In this document: positions 35,701-47,900 of the stretch, piece by piece
Numbering within the stretch: the first letter of the stretch is position 1
Layout: each line of letters starts with the position of its first letter
From: Lingula anatina
Lineage: Eukaryota > Animalia > Brachiopoda
NCBI GenBank assembly: GCA_051362555.1
Contig: CM120643.1
Location: 11,098,001-11,162,000, forward strand
Length of the DNA: 64,000 bases
Reading direction: 5' to 3'
The notes under the pieces: model-generated
The model's database searches: none
The model's input: the letters and a program-made list of their open reading frames with translations, nothing else
What the model was told of the DNA's origin: nothing
Program-made: the position numbers and the translations under genes

Positions 35701-36709
35701 CAGATTCTGTTCTCAGAGCTTATTTTTGGATCATCTTTAAAGCTAGAATTGGGGGCCTTGATGAAGTGACCCGGGCGCGTTTCCACATTTTTTATGAATG
35801 ACAGCTGTGGTAGATTGATTTTCGTCACTTTTTGGAAAAAATCGGAGATGGGTCGATTTTTGGTGATTTTGAGTGATTTTGAACAGTGCCGGCACTGTGA
35901 GATTTCTTCAATTTTGGCCAGGTAGGGATGAAAATTTTTTTTCTTCATTATAGTGTCAGGTAGGTGTGTTCGGTCATTTGTAGTAAGAATAAAGTGCTGG
36001 AAGAGTGGTGGTGTCAACATTAAGGAAGAAATAGAGCAAAAACTCTATCTCCCCCCCCCCCTCTCAGATTCTGTTCTCAGAGCTTATTTTTGGATCATCT
36101 TTAAAGCTAGAATTGGGGGCCTTGATGAAGTGACCCGGGCGAGTTTCCACATTTTTTATGAATGAGAGGTGTGGTAGATTGATTTTCGTCACTTTTTGGA
36201 AAAATCGGAGACGGGTCGATTTTTGGTGATTTTGAGTGATTTTGAACAGTGCCGGCACTGTGAGATTTCTTCAGTTTTGGCCAGTTAGGGATTAAAATTT
36301 TTTTCTTCATTATAGTGTCAGATAGGTGTGTTTGGTCATTTGTAGTAAGAATAAAGTGCTGGAAGAGTGGTGGTGTCAACATTAAGGAAGAAATAGAGCA
36401 AAAACTCTGTCTCCCCCCCCCCTCTCAGATTCTGTTCTCAGAGCTTATTTTTGGATCATCTTTAAAGCTAGAATTGGGGGCCTTGATGAAGTGACCCGGG
36501 CGCGTTTCCACATTTTTTATGAATGACAGGTGTGGTAGATTGATTTTCGTCACTTTTTGGAAAAATCGGAGACGGGTCGATTTTTGGTGATTTTGAGTGA
36601 TTTTGAACAGTGCCGGTGTAACATGAAAATCTGACTCCCATGAAAATGTGACTCCCCAGTCAGATTTTCATTATGAAAATGTGACTCCCCAGTCAGATTT
36701 TCATAATGA

Positions 36710-37790
36710 AAATCTGACTCCCCCCATGAAAATTTGACTCCCCCTCCACAAAACTTCATACATCTTATTTTATTTGAGTATATGACTGTGATCTTGTAGT
36801 ATGTAAAATGGATGATACGTTGGCACATTTTTTGTAGTTTGCACTGAAAATTTTAATGAAAAAATTAGAAAATTAAAAATGTGCACATAATGAAAATCTG
36901 ACTCCTCTATGAAAATTTGATTCCCCTATAAAAAACTTCATAAATTTTATTTTATTTTGGGTATATGACTGTAATCTTGTTGTATGTAAAAAGGAGGATA
37001 GATTGGCACATTTTTTGTAGTTTGCAGTGAAAATTTTAATGAAAAAATAAGAAAATTAAAAATGAGCACATAATGAAAATCTGACTCCCCTATCGTAAAA
37101 CTTTATAAATCTTATTTTATTTTGGGTATATGTCTGTGATCTTGTAGTATGTAAAATGGAGGATACATTGGCACATTTTTTGTAGTTTGCAGGTGAAAAT
37201 TTTAATGAAAAATAAAGAAAATTAAAATGTGCACAAAAGGAAAATTTGATTCCCCTGTGAAAATTGAACTCCCCCATCATAAAACTTCATAAAACTTTCT
37301 TTATTTTGAGTATATGTCTGTGATCTTGTAGAATGTAAAATGGAGGATACATTGGCACATTTTTTGTAGTTCGAAGGTGAAAATTTTAATGAAAAAATAA
37401 GAAAATTAAAAATGAGCATGTAATGAAAATGTGACTCCCCCATGAAAATGTGACTCCCCCATCATAAAACTTCATAAATCTTATTTTATTTTGAGTATAT
37501 GACTGTGATCTTGTAGTAGGCCTATGTAAAAAGGAGGATAGATTGGCACATTTGTTGTAGTTTGCAGGTGAAAAATTATGTGAAAAAGTAAGAAAATTAA
37601 AAAATGAGCAAATTATGAAAATCTGACTCCCCCATGAAAATATGACTCCCCCTCCACAAAACTTCATAAATCTTATTTTATTTTGAGTATGTGACTGTGA
37701 TCTTGTAGTATGTGAAATGGAGGATAAATTGGTGCTTTTTTGTAATTTGCAGATGAAAATTTTCATGAAAAAATAAGAAAATTAAAAATG
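36710..37790 (+). repeat. ~185-bp internal tandem repeats of the Ginger-like element, about 6 copies (left arm)
   Basis: AAACTTCATA motif near 36751, 36933, 37097, 37281, 37466, 37658. Confidence 0.85.
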
Positions 37791-38434
37791 TCCACTTAAT
37801 CGCCTATTGTCTCCCCTATGTTATTTAATATTCAATGATCATTTCAACACCTTTTCTTTTAGGATACTTTATGAAAAATATATTGGAAATATTTAAAGGT
37901 TTGTTGATAAAATAGTGAAAGCATTAAAAAGAAATCATGAAAATCTTTATTTTTACACCCATGAGATTTGGACTCCCATGGAGAAAAGGACCTATTTTGT
38001 ATTCAGTGACCATACCACTGTTTTCCACATTGTTTACATAGAGATGGATATTTTGTCATTATTTGAAAGTTTGATGATGAAAATTTTGGTCAATATTTAA
38101 AAAACAAGTATCCATCTTTATTCTTGTAGGTTTTGCACTCCCATTTCAAAACACTACATTTTTAAGACAAGAAATTGGCCCCATCGCCTTTTTGATTTAA
38201 TTCTTCCTATATGGCATACCCAGCAAAACACTTCCTTTTGTTTTCCCATTATTTTCCCCAAAGCTGGATGAAAGATGGGGGTTAATTAAGCAAAAAGGAT
38301 AATAAGTATGCATTCTTGCGCCCAAAGGACTTTGACGACCCATCTTACAAATCAAATGTTTCATATTTAATATTTTTTTTCCTTTAAGCTACGACATATG
38401 ATTAAGCTACCACCAAGCATGTCACAGTCATATC

Positions 38435-38980
38435 ACATTTTCAATTTTCTCATTTTTTCATTAAAATGTTCACTGCAAACTACAAAAAAATGTGCCAATG
38501 TATCAACCATTTTACATAATACAAGATCACAGTCATATACTCAAAATAAAATAAGATTTATGAAGTTTTGTGGCGGGGGAGTCAAATTTTCATGGGGGAG
38601 TCAGATTTTCATTATGTGCACATTTTTAATTTTTCTTTTTTTTTTGAAAAATTTCACCTGCAAACTACAAAAAAGTGCCAATGTATCATCCATTATGCAT
38701 ACTACAAAATCATAGTCATTTTCTAAATTAATTAGAGATTAATGAATGTTTTTTGTAGGGGAGTCAAATTTTCATAGGGGAACCACATTTTCATTATGTG
38801 CACATTTTTAATTTTTCTTTTTTTTAATGAAAATTTTCACCTGCAAACTACAAAAAAGTGCCAATGTATCATCCATTATAATACTACAAAATCATAGTCA
38901 TTTACTCAAATAAAATGAGATTAAAGAATTTTTTTTGGGGGGGGAGTCAAAATTTCATAGGGGGAGTCACATTTTCATTA
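38435..38980 (-). repeat. Same ~185-bp repeat in inverted orientation, about 3 copies (right arm)
   Basis: CTGCAAACTACAAAAAA.TGCCAATGTATC recurs three times and is the reverse complement of the left-arm units. Confidence 0.85.
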
Positions 38981-41900
38981 TGAAAATCTGACTGGGGAGT
39001 CACATTTTCATAATGAAAATCTGACTGGGGAGTCACATTTTAGGGGAGTCAGATTTTCATGGTACACCGGCACTGAGAAATTTCTTCAATTTTGGCCAGG
39101 TAGGGATGAAAATTTTTTTTCTTCATTATAGTGTCAGGTAGGTGTGTTCGGTCATTTGTAGTAAGAATAAAGTGCTGGAAGAGTGGTGGTGTCAACATTA
39201 AGGAAGAAATAGAGCAAAAACTCTGTCTCCCCCCCCTCTCAGATTCTGTTCTCAGAGCTTATTTTTGGATCATCTTTAAAGCTAGAATTGGGGGCCTTGA
39301 TGAAGTGACCCGGGCGCGTTTCCACATTTTTTATGAATGACAGGTGTGGTAGATTGATTTTCGTCACTTTTTGAAAAAATCGGAGACGGGTCAATTTTTG
39401 GTGATTTTGAGTGATTTTGAACAGTGCCGGCACTGTGAGATTTCTTCAATTTTGGCCAGGTAGGGATGAAAATTTTTTTTCTTCATTATAGTGTCAGGTA
39501 GGTGTGTTCGGTCATTTGTAGTAAGAATAAAGTGCTGGAAGAGTGGTGGTGTCAACATTAAGGAAGAAATAGAGCAAAAACTCTGTCTCCCCCCCTCTCA
39601 GATTCTGTTCTCAGAGCTTATTTTTGGATCATCTTTAAAGCTAGAATTGGGGGCCTTGATGAAGTGACCCGGGCGCGTTTCCACATTTTTTATGAATGAC
39701 AGGTGTGGTAGATTGATTTTCGTCACTTTTTGGAAAAATCGGAGACGGGTCGATTTTTGGTGATTCTGAGTGATTTTGAAAAGTGCCGGCACTGTGAGAT
39801 TTCTTCAATTTTGGCCAGGTAGGGATGAAAATTTTTTTTCTTCATTATAGTGTCAGGTAGGTGTGTTCGGTCATTTGTAGTAAGAATAAAGTGCTGGAAG
39901 AGTGGTGGTGTCAACATTAAGGAAGAAATAGAGCAAAAACTCTGTCTCCCCCCCCCCCCTCTCAGATTCTGTTCTCAGAGCTTATTTTTGGATCATCTTT
40001 AAAGCTAGAATTGGGGGCCTTGATGAAGTGACCCGGGCGCGTTTCCACATTTTTTATGAATGACAGCTGTGGTAGATTGATTTTCGTCACTTTTTGGAAA
40101 AAATCGGAGATGGGTCGATTTTTGGTGATTTTGAGTGATTTTGAACAGTGCCGGCACTGTGAGATTTCTTCAATTTTGGCCAGGTAGGGATGAAAATTTT
40201 TTTTCTTCATTATAGTGTCAGGTAGGTGTGTTCGGTCATTTGTAGTAAGAATAAAGTGCTGGAAGAGTGGTGGTGTCAACATTAAGGAAGAAATAGAGCA
40301 AAAACTCTATCTCCCCCCCCCCCCTCTCAGATTCTGTTCTCAGAGCTTATTTTTGGATCATCTTTAAAGCTAGAATTGGGGGCCTTGATGAAGTGACCCG
40401 GGCGAGTTTCCACATTTTTTATGAATGAGAGGTGTGGTAGATTGATTTTCGTCACTTTTTGGAAAAATCGGAGACGGGTCGATTTTTGGTGATTTTGAGT
40501 GATTTTGAACAGTGCCGGCACTGTGAGATTTCTTCAGTTTTGGCCAGTTAGGGATTAAAATTTTTTTCTTCATTATAGTGTCAGATAGGTGTGTTTGGTC
40601 ATTTGTAGTAAGAATAAAGTGCTGGAAGAGTGGTGGTGTCAACATTAAGGAAGAAATAGAGCAAAAACTCTGTCTCCCCCCCCCCTCTCAGATTCTGTTC
40701 TCAGAGCTTATTTTTGGATCATCTTTAAAGCTAGAATTGGGGGCCTTGATGAAGTGACCCGGGCGCGTTTCCACATTTTTTATGAATGACAGGTGTGGTA
40801 GATTGATTTTCGTCACTTTTTGGAAAAATCGGAGACGGGTCGATTTTTGGTGATTTTGAGTGATTTTGAACAGTGCCGGCACTGAGAAATTTCTTCAATT
40901 TTGGCCAGGTAGGGATGAAAATTTTTTTTCTTCATTATAGTGTCAGGTAGGTGTGTTCGGTCATTTGTAGTAAGAATAAAGTGCTGGAAGAGTGGTGGTG
41001 TCAACATTAAGGAAGAAATAGAGCAAAAACTCTGTCTCCCCCCGCCCTCTCAGATTCTGTTCTCAGAGCTTATTTTTGGATCATCTTTAAAGCTAGAATT
41101 GGGGGCCTTGATGAAGTGACCCGGGCGCGTTTCCACATTTTTTATGAATGACAGGTGTGGTAGATTGATTTTCGTCACTTTTTGAAAAAATCGGAGACGG
41201 GTCAATTTTTGGTGATTTTGAGTGATTTTGAACAGTGCCGGCACTGTGAGATTTCTTCAATTTTGGCCAGGTAGGGATGAAAATTTTTTTTCTTCATTAT
41301 AGTGTCAGGTAGGTGTGTTCGGTCATTTGTAGTAAGAATAAAGTGCTGGAAGAGTGGTGGTGTCAACATTAAGGAAGAAATAGAGCAAAAACTCTGTCTC
41401 CCCCCCCCCTCTCAGATTCTGTTCTCAGAGCTTATTTTTGGATCATCTTTAAAGCTAGAATTGGGGGCCTTGATGAAGTGACCCGGGCGCGTTTCCACAT
41501 TTTTTATGAATGACAGGTGTGGTAGATTGATTTTCGTCACTTTTTGGAAAAATCGGAGACGGGTCGATTTTTGGTGATTCTGAGTGATTTTGAAAAGTGC
41601 CGGCACTGTGAGATTTCTTCAATTTTGGCCAGGTAGGGATGAAAATTTTTTTCTTCATTATAGTGTCAGGTAGGTGTGTTCGGTCATTTGTAGTAAGAAT
41701 AAAGTGCTGGAAGAGTGGTGGTGTCAACATTAAGGAAGAAATAGAGCAAAAACTCTGTCTCCCCCCCTCAGATTCTGTTCTCAGAGCTTATTTTTGGATC
41801 ATCTTTAAAGCTAGAATTGGGGGCCTTGATGAAGTGACCCGGGCGCGTTTCCACATTGTTTATGAATGACAGGTGTGGTAGATTGATTTTCGTCACTTTT

Positions 41901-44900
41901 TGGAAAAATCGGAGACGGGTCGATTTTTGGTGATTTTGAGTGATTTTGAACAGTGCCGGCACTGTGAGATTTATTCAATTTTGGCCAGGTAGGGATGAAA
42001 ATTTTTTTTCTTCATTATAGTGTCAGGTAGGTGTGTTCGGTCATTTGTAGTAAGAATAAAGTGCTGGAAGAGTGGTGGTGTCAACATTAAGGAAGAAATA
42101 GAGCAAAAACTCTGTCTCCCCCCCCCCTCTCAGATTCTGTTCTCAGAGCTTATTTTTGGATCATCTTTAAAGCTAGAATTGGGGGCCTTGATGAAGTGAC
42201 CCGGGCACGTTTCCACATTTTTTATGAATGACAGGTGTGGTAGATTGATTTTCGTCACTTTTTGGAAAAATCGGAGACGGGTCGATTTTTGGTGATTTTG
42301 AGTGATTTTGAACAGTGCCGGCACTGTGAGATTTCTTCAATTTTGGCCAGGTAGGGATGAAAATTTTTTTCCTTCATTATTGTGTCAGGTAGGTGTGTTG
42401 GGTCATTTGTAGTAAGAATAAAGTGCTGGAAGAGTGGTGGTGTCAACATTAAGGAAGAAATAGAGCAAAAACTCTGTCTCCCCCATCCCTCTCAGATTCT
42501 GTTCTCAGAGCTTATTTTTGGATCATCTTTAAAGCTAGAATTGGGGGCCTTGATGAAGTGACCCGGGCGCGTTTCCACATTTTTTATGAATGACAGGTGT
42601 GGTAGATTGATTTTCGTCACTTTTTGGAAAAATCGGAGACGGGTCGATTTTTGGTGATTTTGAGTGATTTTGAACAGTGCCGGCACTGTGAGATTTCTTC
42701 AATTTTGGCCAGGTAGGGATGAAAATTTTTTTTCTTCATTATAGTGTCAGGTAGGTGTGTTCGGTCATTTGTAGTAGGAATAAAGTGCTGGAAGAGTGGT
42801 GGTGTCAACATTAAGGAAGAAATAGAGCAAAAACTCTGTCTCCCCCCCCCTCTCAGATTCTGTTCTCAGAGCTTATTTTTGGATCATCTTTAAAGCTAGA
42901 ATTGGGGGCCTTGATGAAGTGACCCGGGCGCGTTTCCACATTTTTTATGAATGACAGGTGTGGTAGATTGATTTTCGTCACTTTTTGGAAAAATCGGAGA
43001 CGGGTCGATTTTTGGTGATTTTGAGTGATTTTGAACAGTGCCGGCACTGTGAGATTTCTTCAATTTTGGCCAGGTAGGGATGAAAATTTTTTTTCTTCAT
43101 TATAGTGTCAGGTAGGTGTGTTCGGTCATTTGTAGTAAGAATAAAGTGCTGGAAGAGTGGTGGTGTCAACATTAAGGAAGAAATAGAGCAAAAACTCTGT
43201 CTCCCCCCCCTCTCAGATTCTGTTCTCAGAGCTTATTTTTGGATCATCTTTAAAGCTAGAATTGGGGGCCTTGATGAAGTGACCCGGGCGCGTTTCCACA
43301 TTTTTTATGAATGACAGGTGTGGTAGATTGATTTTCGTCACTTTTTGGAAAAAATCGGAGATGGGTCGATTTTTGGTGATTTTGAGTGATTTTGAACAGT
43401 GCCGGCACTGTGAGATTTATTCAATTTTGGCCAGGTAGGGATGAAAATTTTTTTTCTTCATTATAGTGTCGGGTAGGTGTGTTCGGTCATTTGTAGTAAG
43501 AATAAAGTGCTGGAAGAGTGGTGGTGTCAACATTAAGGAAGAAATAGAGCAAAAACTCTATCTCCCCCCCCCTCTCAGATTCTGTTCTCAGAGCTTATTT
43601 TTGGATCATCTTTAAAGCTAGAATTGGGGGCCTTGATGAAGTGACCCGGGCGCGTTTCCACATTTTTTATGAATGACAGGTGTGGTAGATTGATTTTCGT
43701 CACTTTTTGGAAAAATCGGAGACGGGTCGATTTTTGGTGATTTTGAGTGATTTTGAACAGTGCCGGCACTGTGAGAGTTCTTCAATTTTGGCCAGGTAGG
43801 GATGAAAATTTTTTTTCTTCATTATAGTGTCAGATAGGTGTGTTTGGTCATTTGTAGTAAGAATAAAGTGCTGGAAGAGTGGTGGTGTCAACATTAAGGA
43901 AGAAATAGAGCAAAAACTCTGTCTCCCCCCCCCTCTCAGATTCTGTTCTCAGAGCTTATTTTTGGATCATCTTTAAAGCTAGAATTGGGGGCCTTGATGA
44001 AGTGACCCGGGCACGTTTCCACATTTTTTATGAATGACAGGTGTGGTAGATTGATTTTCGTCACTTTTTGGAAAAATCGGAGACGGGTCGATTTTTGGTG
44101 ATTTTGAGTGATTTTGAACAGTGCCGGCACTGAGAGATTTCTTCAATTTTGGCCAGGTAGGGATGAAAATTTTTTTTCTTCATTATAGTGTCAGGTAGGT
44201 GTGTTCGGTCATTTGTAGTAAGAATAAAGTGCTGGAAGAGTGGTGGTGTCAACATTAAGGAAGAAATAGAGCAAAAACTCTGTCTCCCCCCCCCCCCCCC
44301 CTCTCAGATTCTGTTCTCAGAGCTTATTTTTGGATTATCTTTAAAGCTAGAATTGGGGGCCTTGATGAAGTGACCCGGGCGCGTTTCCACATTTTTTATG
44401 AATGACAGGTGTGGTAGATTGATTTTCGTCACTTTTTGGAAAAATCGGAGACGGGTCGATTTTTGGTGATTTTGAGTGATTTTGAACAGTGCCGGCACTT
44501 TGAGATTTCTTCAATTTTGGCCAGGTAGGGATGAAAATTTTTTTTCTTCATTATAGTGTCAGGTAGGTGTGTTCGGTCATTTGTAGTAAGAATAAAGTGC
44601 TGGAAGAGTGGTGGTGTCAACATTAAGGAAGAAATAGAGCAAAAACTCTATCTCCCCCCCTCCCTCTCAGATTCTGTTCTCAGAGCTTATTTTTGGATCA
44701 TCTTTAAAGCTAGAATTGGGGGCCTTGATGAAGTGACCCGGGCGCGTTTCCACTTTTTTTATGATTGACAGGTGTGGTAGATTGATTTTCGTCACTTTTT
44801 GGAAAAATCGGAGACGGGTCGATTTTTGGTGATTTTGAGTGATTTTGAACAGTGCCGGCACTGTGAGATTTCTTCAATTTTGGCCAGGTAGGGATGAAAT

Positions 44901-47900
44901 TTTTTTTTCTTCATTATAGTGTCAGGTAGATGTGTTCAGTCATTTGTAGTAAGAATAAAGTGCTGGAAGAGTGGTGGTGTCAACATTAAGGAAGAAATAG
45001 AGCAAAAAATCTGTCTCCCCCCCCCGCCCTCTTAGATTCTGTTCTCAGAGCTTATTTTTGGATCATCTTTAAAGCTAGAATTGGGGGCTTTGATGAAGTG
45101 ACCCGGGCGCGTTTCCACATTTTTTATGAATGACAGGTGTGGTAGATTGATTTTAGTCACTTTTTGAAAAAAATCGGAGACGGGTCGATTTTTGGTGATT
45201 TTGAGTGATTTTGAACAGTGCCGGCACTGTGGGAGTTCTTTAATTTTGGCCAGGTAGGGATGAAAATTTTTTTTCTTCATTATAGTGTCAGGTAGGTGTG
45301 TTCGGTCATTTGTAGTAAGAATAAAGTGCTGGAAGAGTGGTGGTGTCAACATTAAGGAAGAAATAGAGCAAAAACTCTGTCTCCCCCCCCCTCTCAGATT
45401 CTGTTCTCAGAGCTTATTTTTGGATCATCTTTAAAGCTAGAATTGGGGGCCTTGATGAAGTGACCCGGGCGTGTTTCCACATTTTTTATGAATGACAGGT
45501 GTGGTAGATTGATTTTCTTCACTTTTTGGAAAAATCGGAGACGGGTCGATTTTTGGTGATTTTGAGTGATTTTGAACAGTGCCGGCACTGAGAGATTTCT
45601 TCAATTTTGGCCAGGTAGGGATGAAAATTTTTTTTCTTCATTATAGTGTCAGGTAGGTGTGTTCGGTCATTTGTAGTAAGAATAAAGTGCTGGAAGAGTG
45701 GTGGTGTCAACATTAAGTAAGAAATAGAGCAAAAACTCTGTCTCCCCCCCCCCTCTCAGATTCTGTTCTCAGAGCTTATTTTTGGATCATCTTTAAAGCT
45801 AGAATTGGGGGCCTTGATGAAGTGACCCGGGCGCGTTTCCACATTTTTTATGAATGACAGGTGTGGTAGATTGATTTTCGTCACTTTTTGGAAAAAATCG
45901 GAGATGGGTCGATTTTTGGTGATTTTGAGTGATTTTGAACAGTGCCGGCACTGTGAGATTTCTTCAATTTTGGCCAGGTAGGGATGAAAATTTTTTTTCT
46001 TCATTATAGTGTCGGGTAGGTGTGTTCGGTCATTTGTAGTAAGAATAAAGTGCTGGAAGAGTGGTGGTGTCAACATTAAGGAAGAAATAGAGCAAAAACT
46101 CTGTCTCCCCCCCCCTCTCAGATTCTGTTCTCAGAGCTTATTTTTGGATCATCTTTAAAGGTAGAATTGGGGGCCTTGATGAAGTGACCCGGGCGCGTTT
46201 CCACATTTTTTATGAATGACAGGTGTGGTAGATTGATTTTCGTCACTTTTTGGAAAAAATCGGAGATGGGTCGATTTTTGGTGATTTTGAGTGATTTTGA
46301 ACAGTGCCGGCACTGTGAGATTTCTTCAATTTTGGCCAGGTAGGGATGAAAATTTTTTTTCTTCATTATAGTGTCGGGTAGGTGTGTTCGGTCATTTGTA
46401 GTAAGAATAAAGTGCTGGAAGAGTGGTGGTGTCAACATTAAGGAAGAAATAGAGCAAAAACTCTATCTCCCCCCCCCCCCTCTCAGATTCTGTTCTCAGA
46501 GCTTATTTTTGGATCATCTTTAAAGCTAGAATTGGGGGCCTTGATGAAGTGACCCGGGCGCGTTTCCACATTTTTTATGAATGACAGGTGTGGTAGATTG
46601 ATTTTCGTCACTTTTTGGAAAAATCGGAGACGGGTCGATTTTTGGTGATTTTGAGTGATTTTGAACAGTGCCGGCACTGTGAGAGTTCTTCAATTTTGGC
46701 CAGGTAGGGATGAAAATTTTTTTTCTTCATTATAGTGTCAGGTAGGTGTGTTCGGTCATTTGTAGTAAGAATAAAGTGCTGGAAGAGTGGTGGTGTCAAC
46801 ATTAAGGAAGAAATAGAGCAAAAACTCTGTCTCCCCCCCCCTCTCAGATTCTGTTCTCAGAGCTTATTTTTGGATCATCTTTAAAGCTAGAATTGGGGGC
46901 CTTGATGAAGTGACCCAGCGGTGTTTCCACATTTTTTATGAATGACAGGTGTGGTAGATTGATTTTCGTCACTTTTTGGAAAAATCGGAGACGGGTCGAT
47001 TTTTGGTGATTTTGAGTGATTTTGAACAGTGCCGGCACTGTGAGATTTCTTCAATTTTGGCCAGTTAGGGATTAAAATTTTTTTTCTTCATTATAGTGTC
47101 AGATAGGTGTGTTTGGTCATTTGTAGTAAGAATAAAGTGCTGGAAGAGTGGTGGTGTCAACATTAAGGAAGAAATAGAGCAAAAACTCTATCTCCCCCCC
47201 CCCTCTCAGATTCTGTTCTCAGAGCTTATTTTTGGATCATCTTTAAAGCTAGAATTGGGGGCCTTGATGAAGTGACCCGGGCGTGTTTCCACATTTTTTA
47301 TGAATGACAGGTGTGGTAGATTGATTTTCGTCACTTTTTGGAAAAATCGGAGACGGGTCGATTTTTGGTGATTTTGAGTGATTTTGAACAGTGCCGGCAC
47401 TGAGAGATTTCTTCAATTTTGGCCAGGTAGGGATGAAAATTTTTTTTCTTCATTATAGTGTCAGGTAGGTGTGTTCGGTCATTTGTAGTAAGAATAAAGT
47501 GCTGGAAGAGTGGTGGTGTCAACATTAAGTAAGAAATAGAGCAAAAACTCTGTCTCCCCCCCCCCCCTCTCAGATTCTGTTCTCAGAGCTTATTTTTGGA
47601 TCATCTTTAAAGCTAGAATTGGGGGCCTTGATGAAGTGACCCGGGCGCGTTTCCACATTTTTTATGAATGACAGGTGTGGTAGATTGATTTTCGTCACTT
47701 TTTGGAAAAAATCGGAGATGGGTCGATTTTTGGTGATTTTGAGTGATTTTGAACAGTGCCGGCACTGTGAGATTTCTTCAATTTTGGCCAGGTAGGGATG
47801 AAAATTTTTTTTCTTCATTATAGTGTCGGGTAGGTGTGTTCGGTCATTTGTAGTAAGAATAAAGTGCTGGAAGAGTGGTGGTGTCAACATTAAGGAAGAA

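Larger units (their letters stand above)
36617..39066. mobile_element. Non-autonomous Ginger1-like DNA transposon (foldback structure), 2,450 bp
   Basis: Termini TGTAACATGAAAATCTGACTCCC and the reverse complement TGTACCATGAAAATCTGACTCCC, near-identical for ~130 bp. 4-bp TSD CCGG (36613-36616, 39067-39070). TGT termini with a CCGG TSD are the described Ginger1 signature. No coding capacity. Confidence 0.85.

Noticed and set aside
36550-38715. ORFs inside the Ginger-like element as a transposase
   Set aside because: They are low-complexity translations of the 185-bp repeats with no integrase or DDE motifs.
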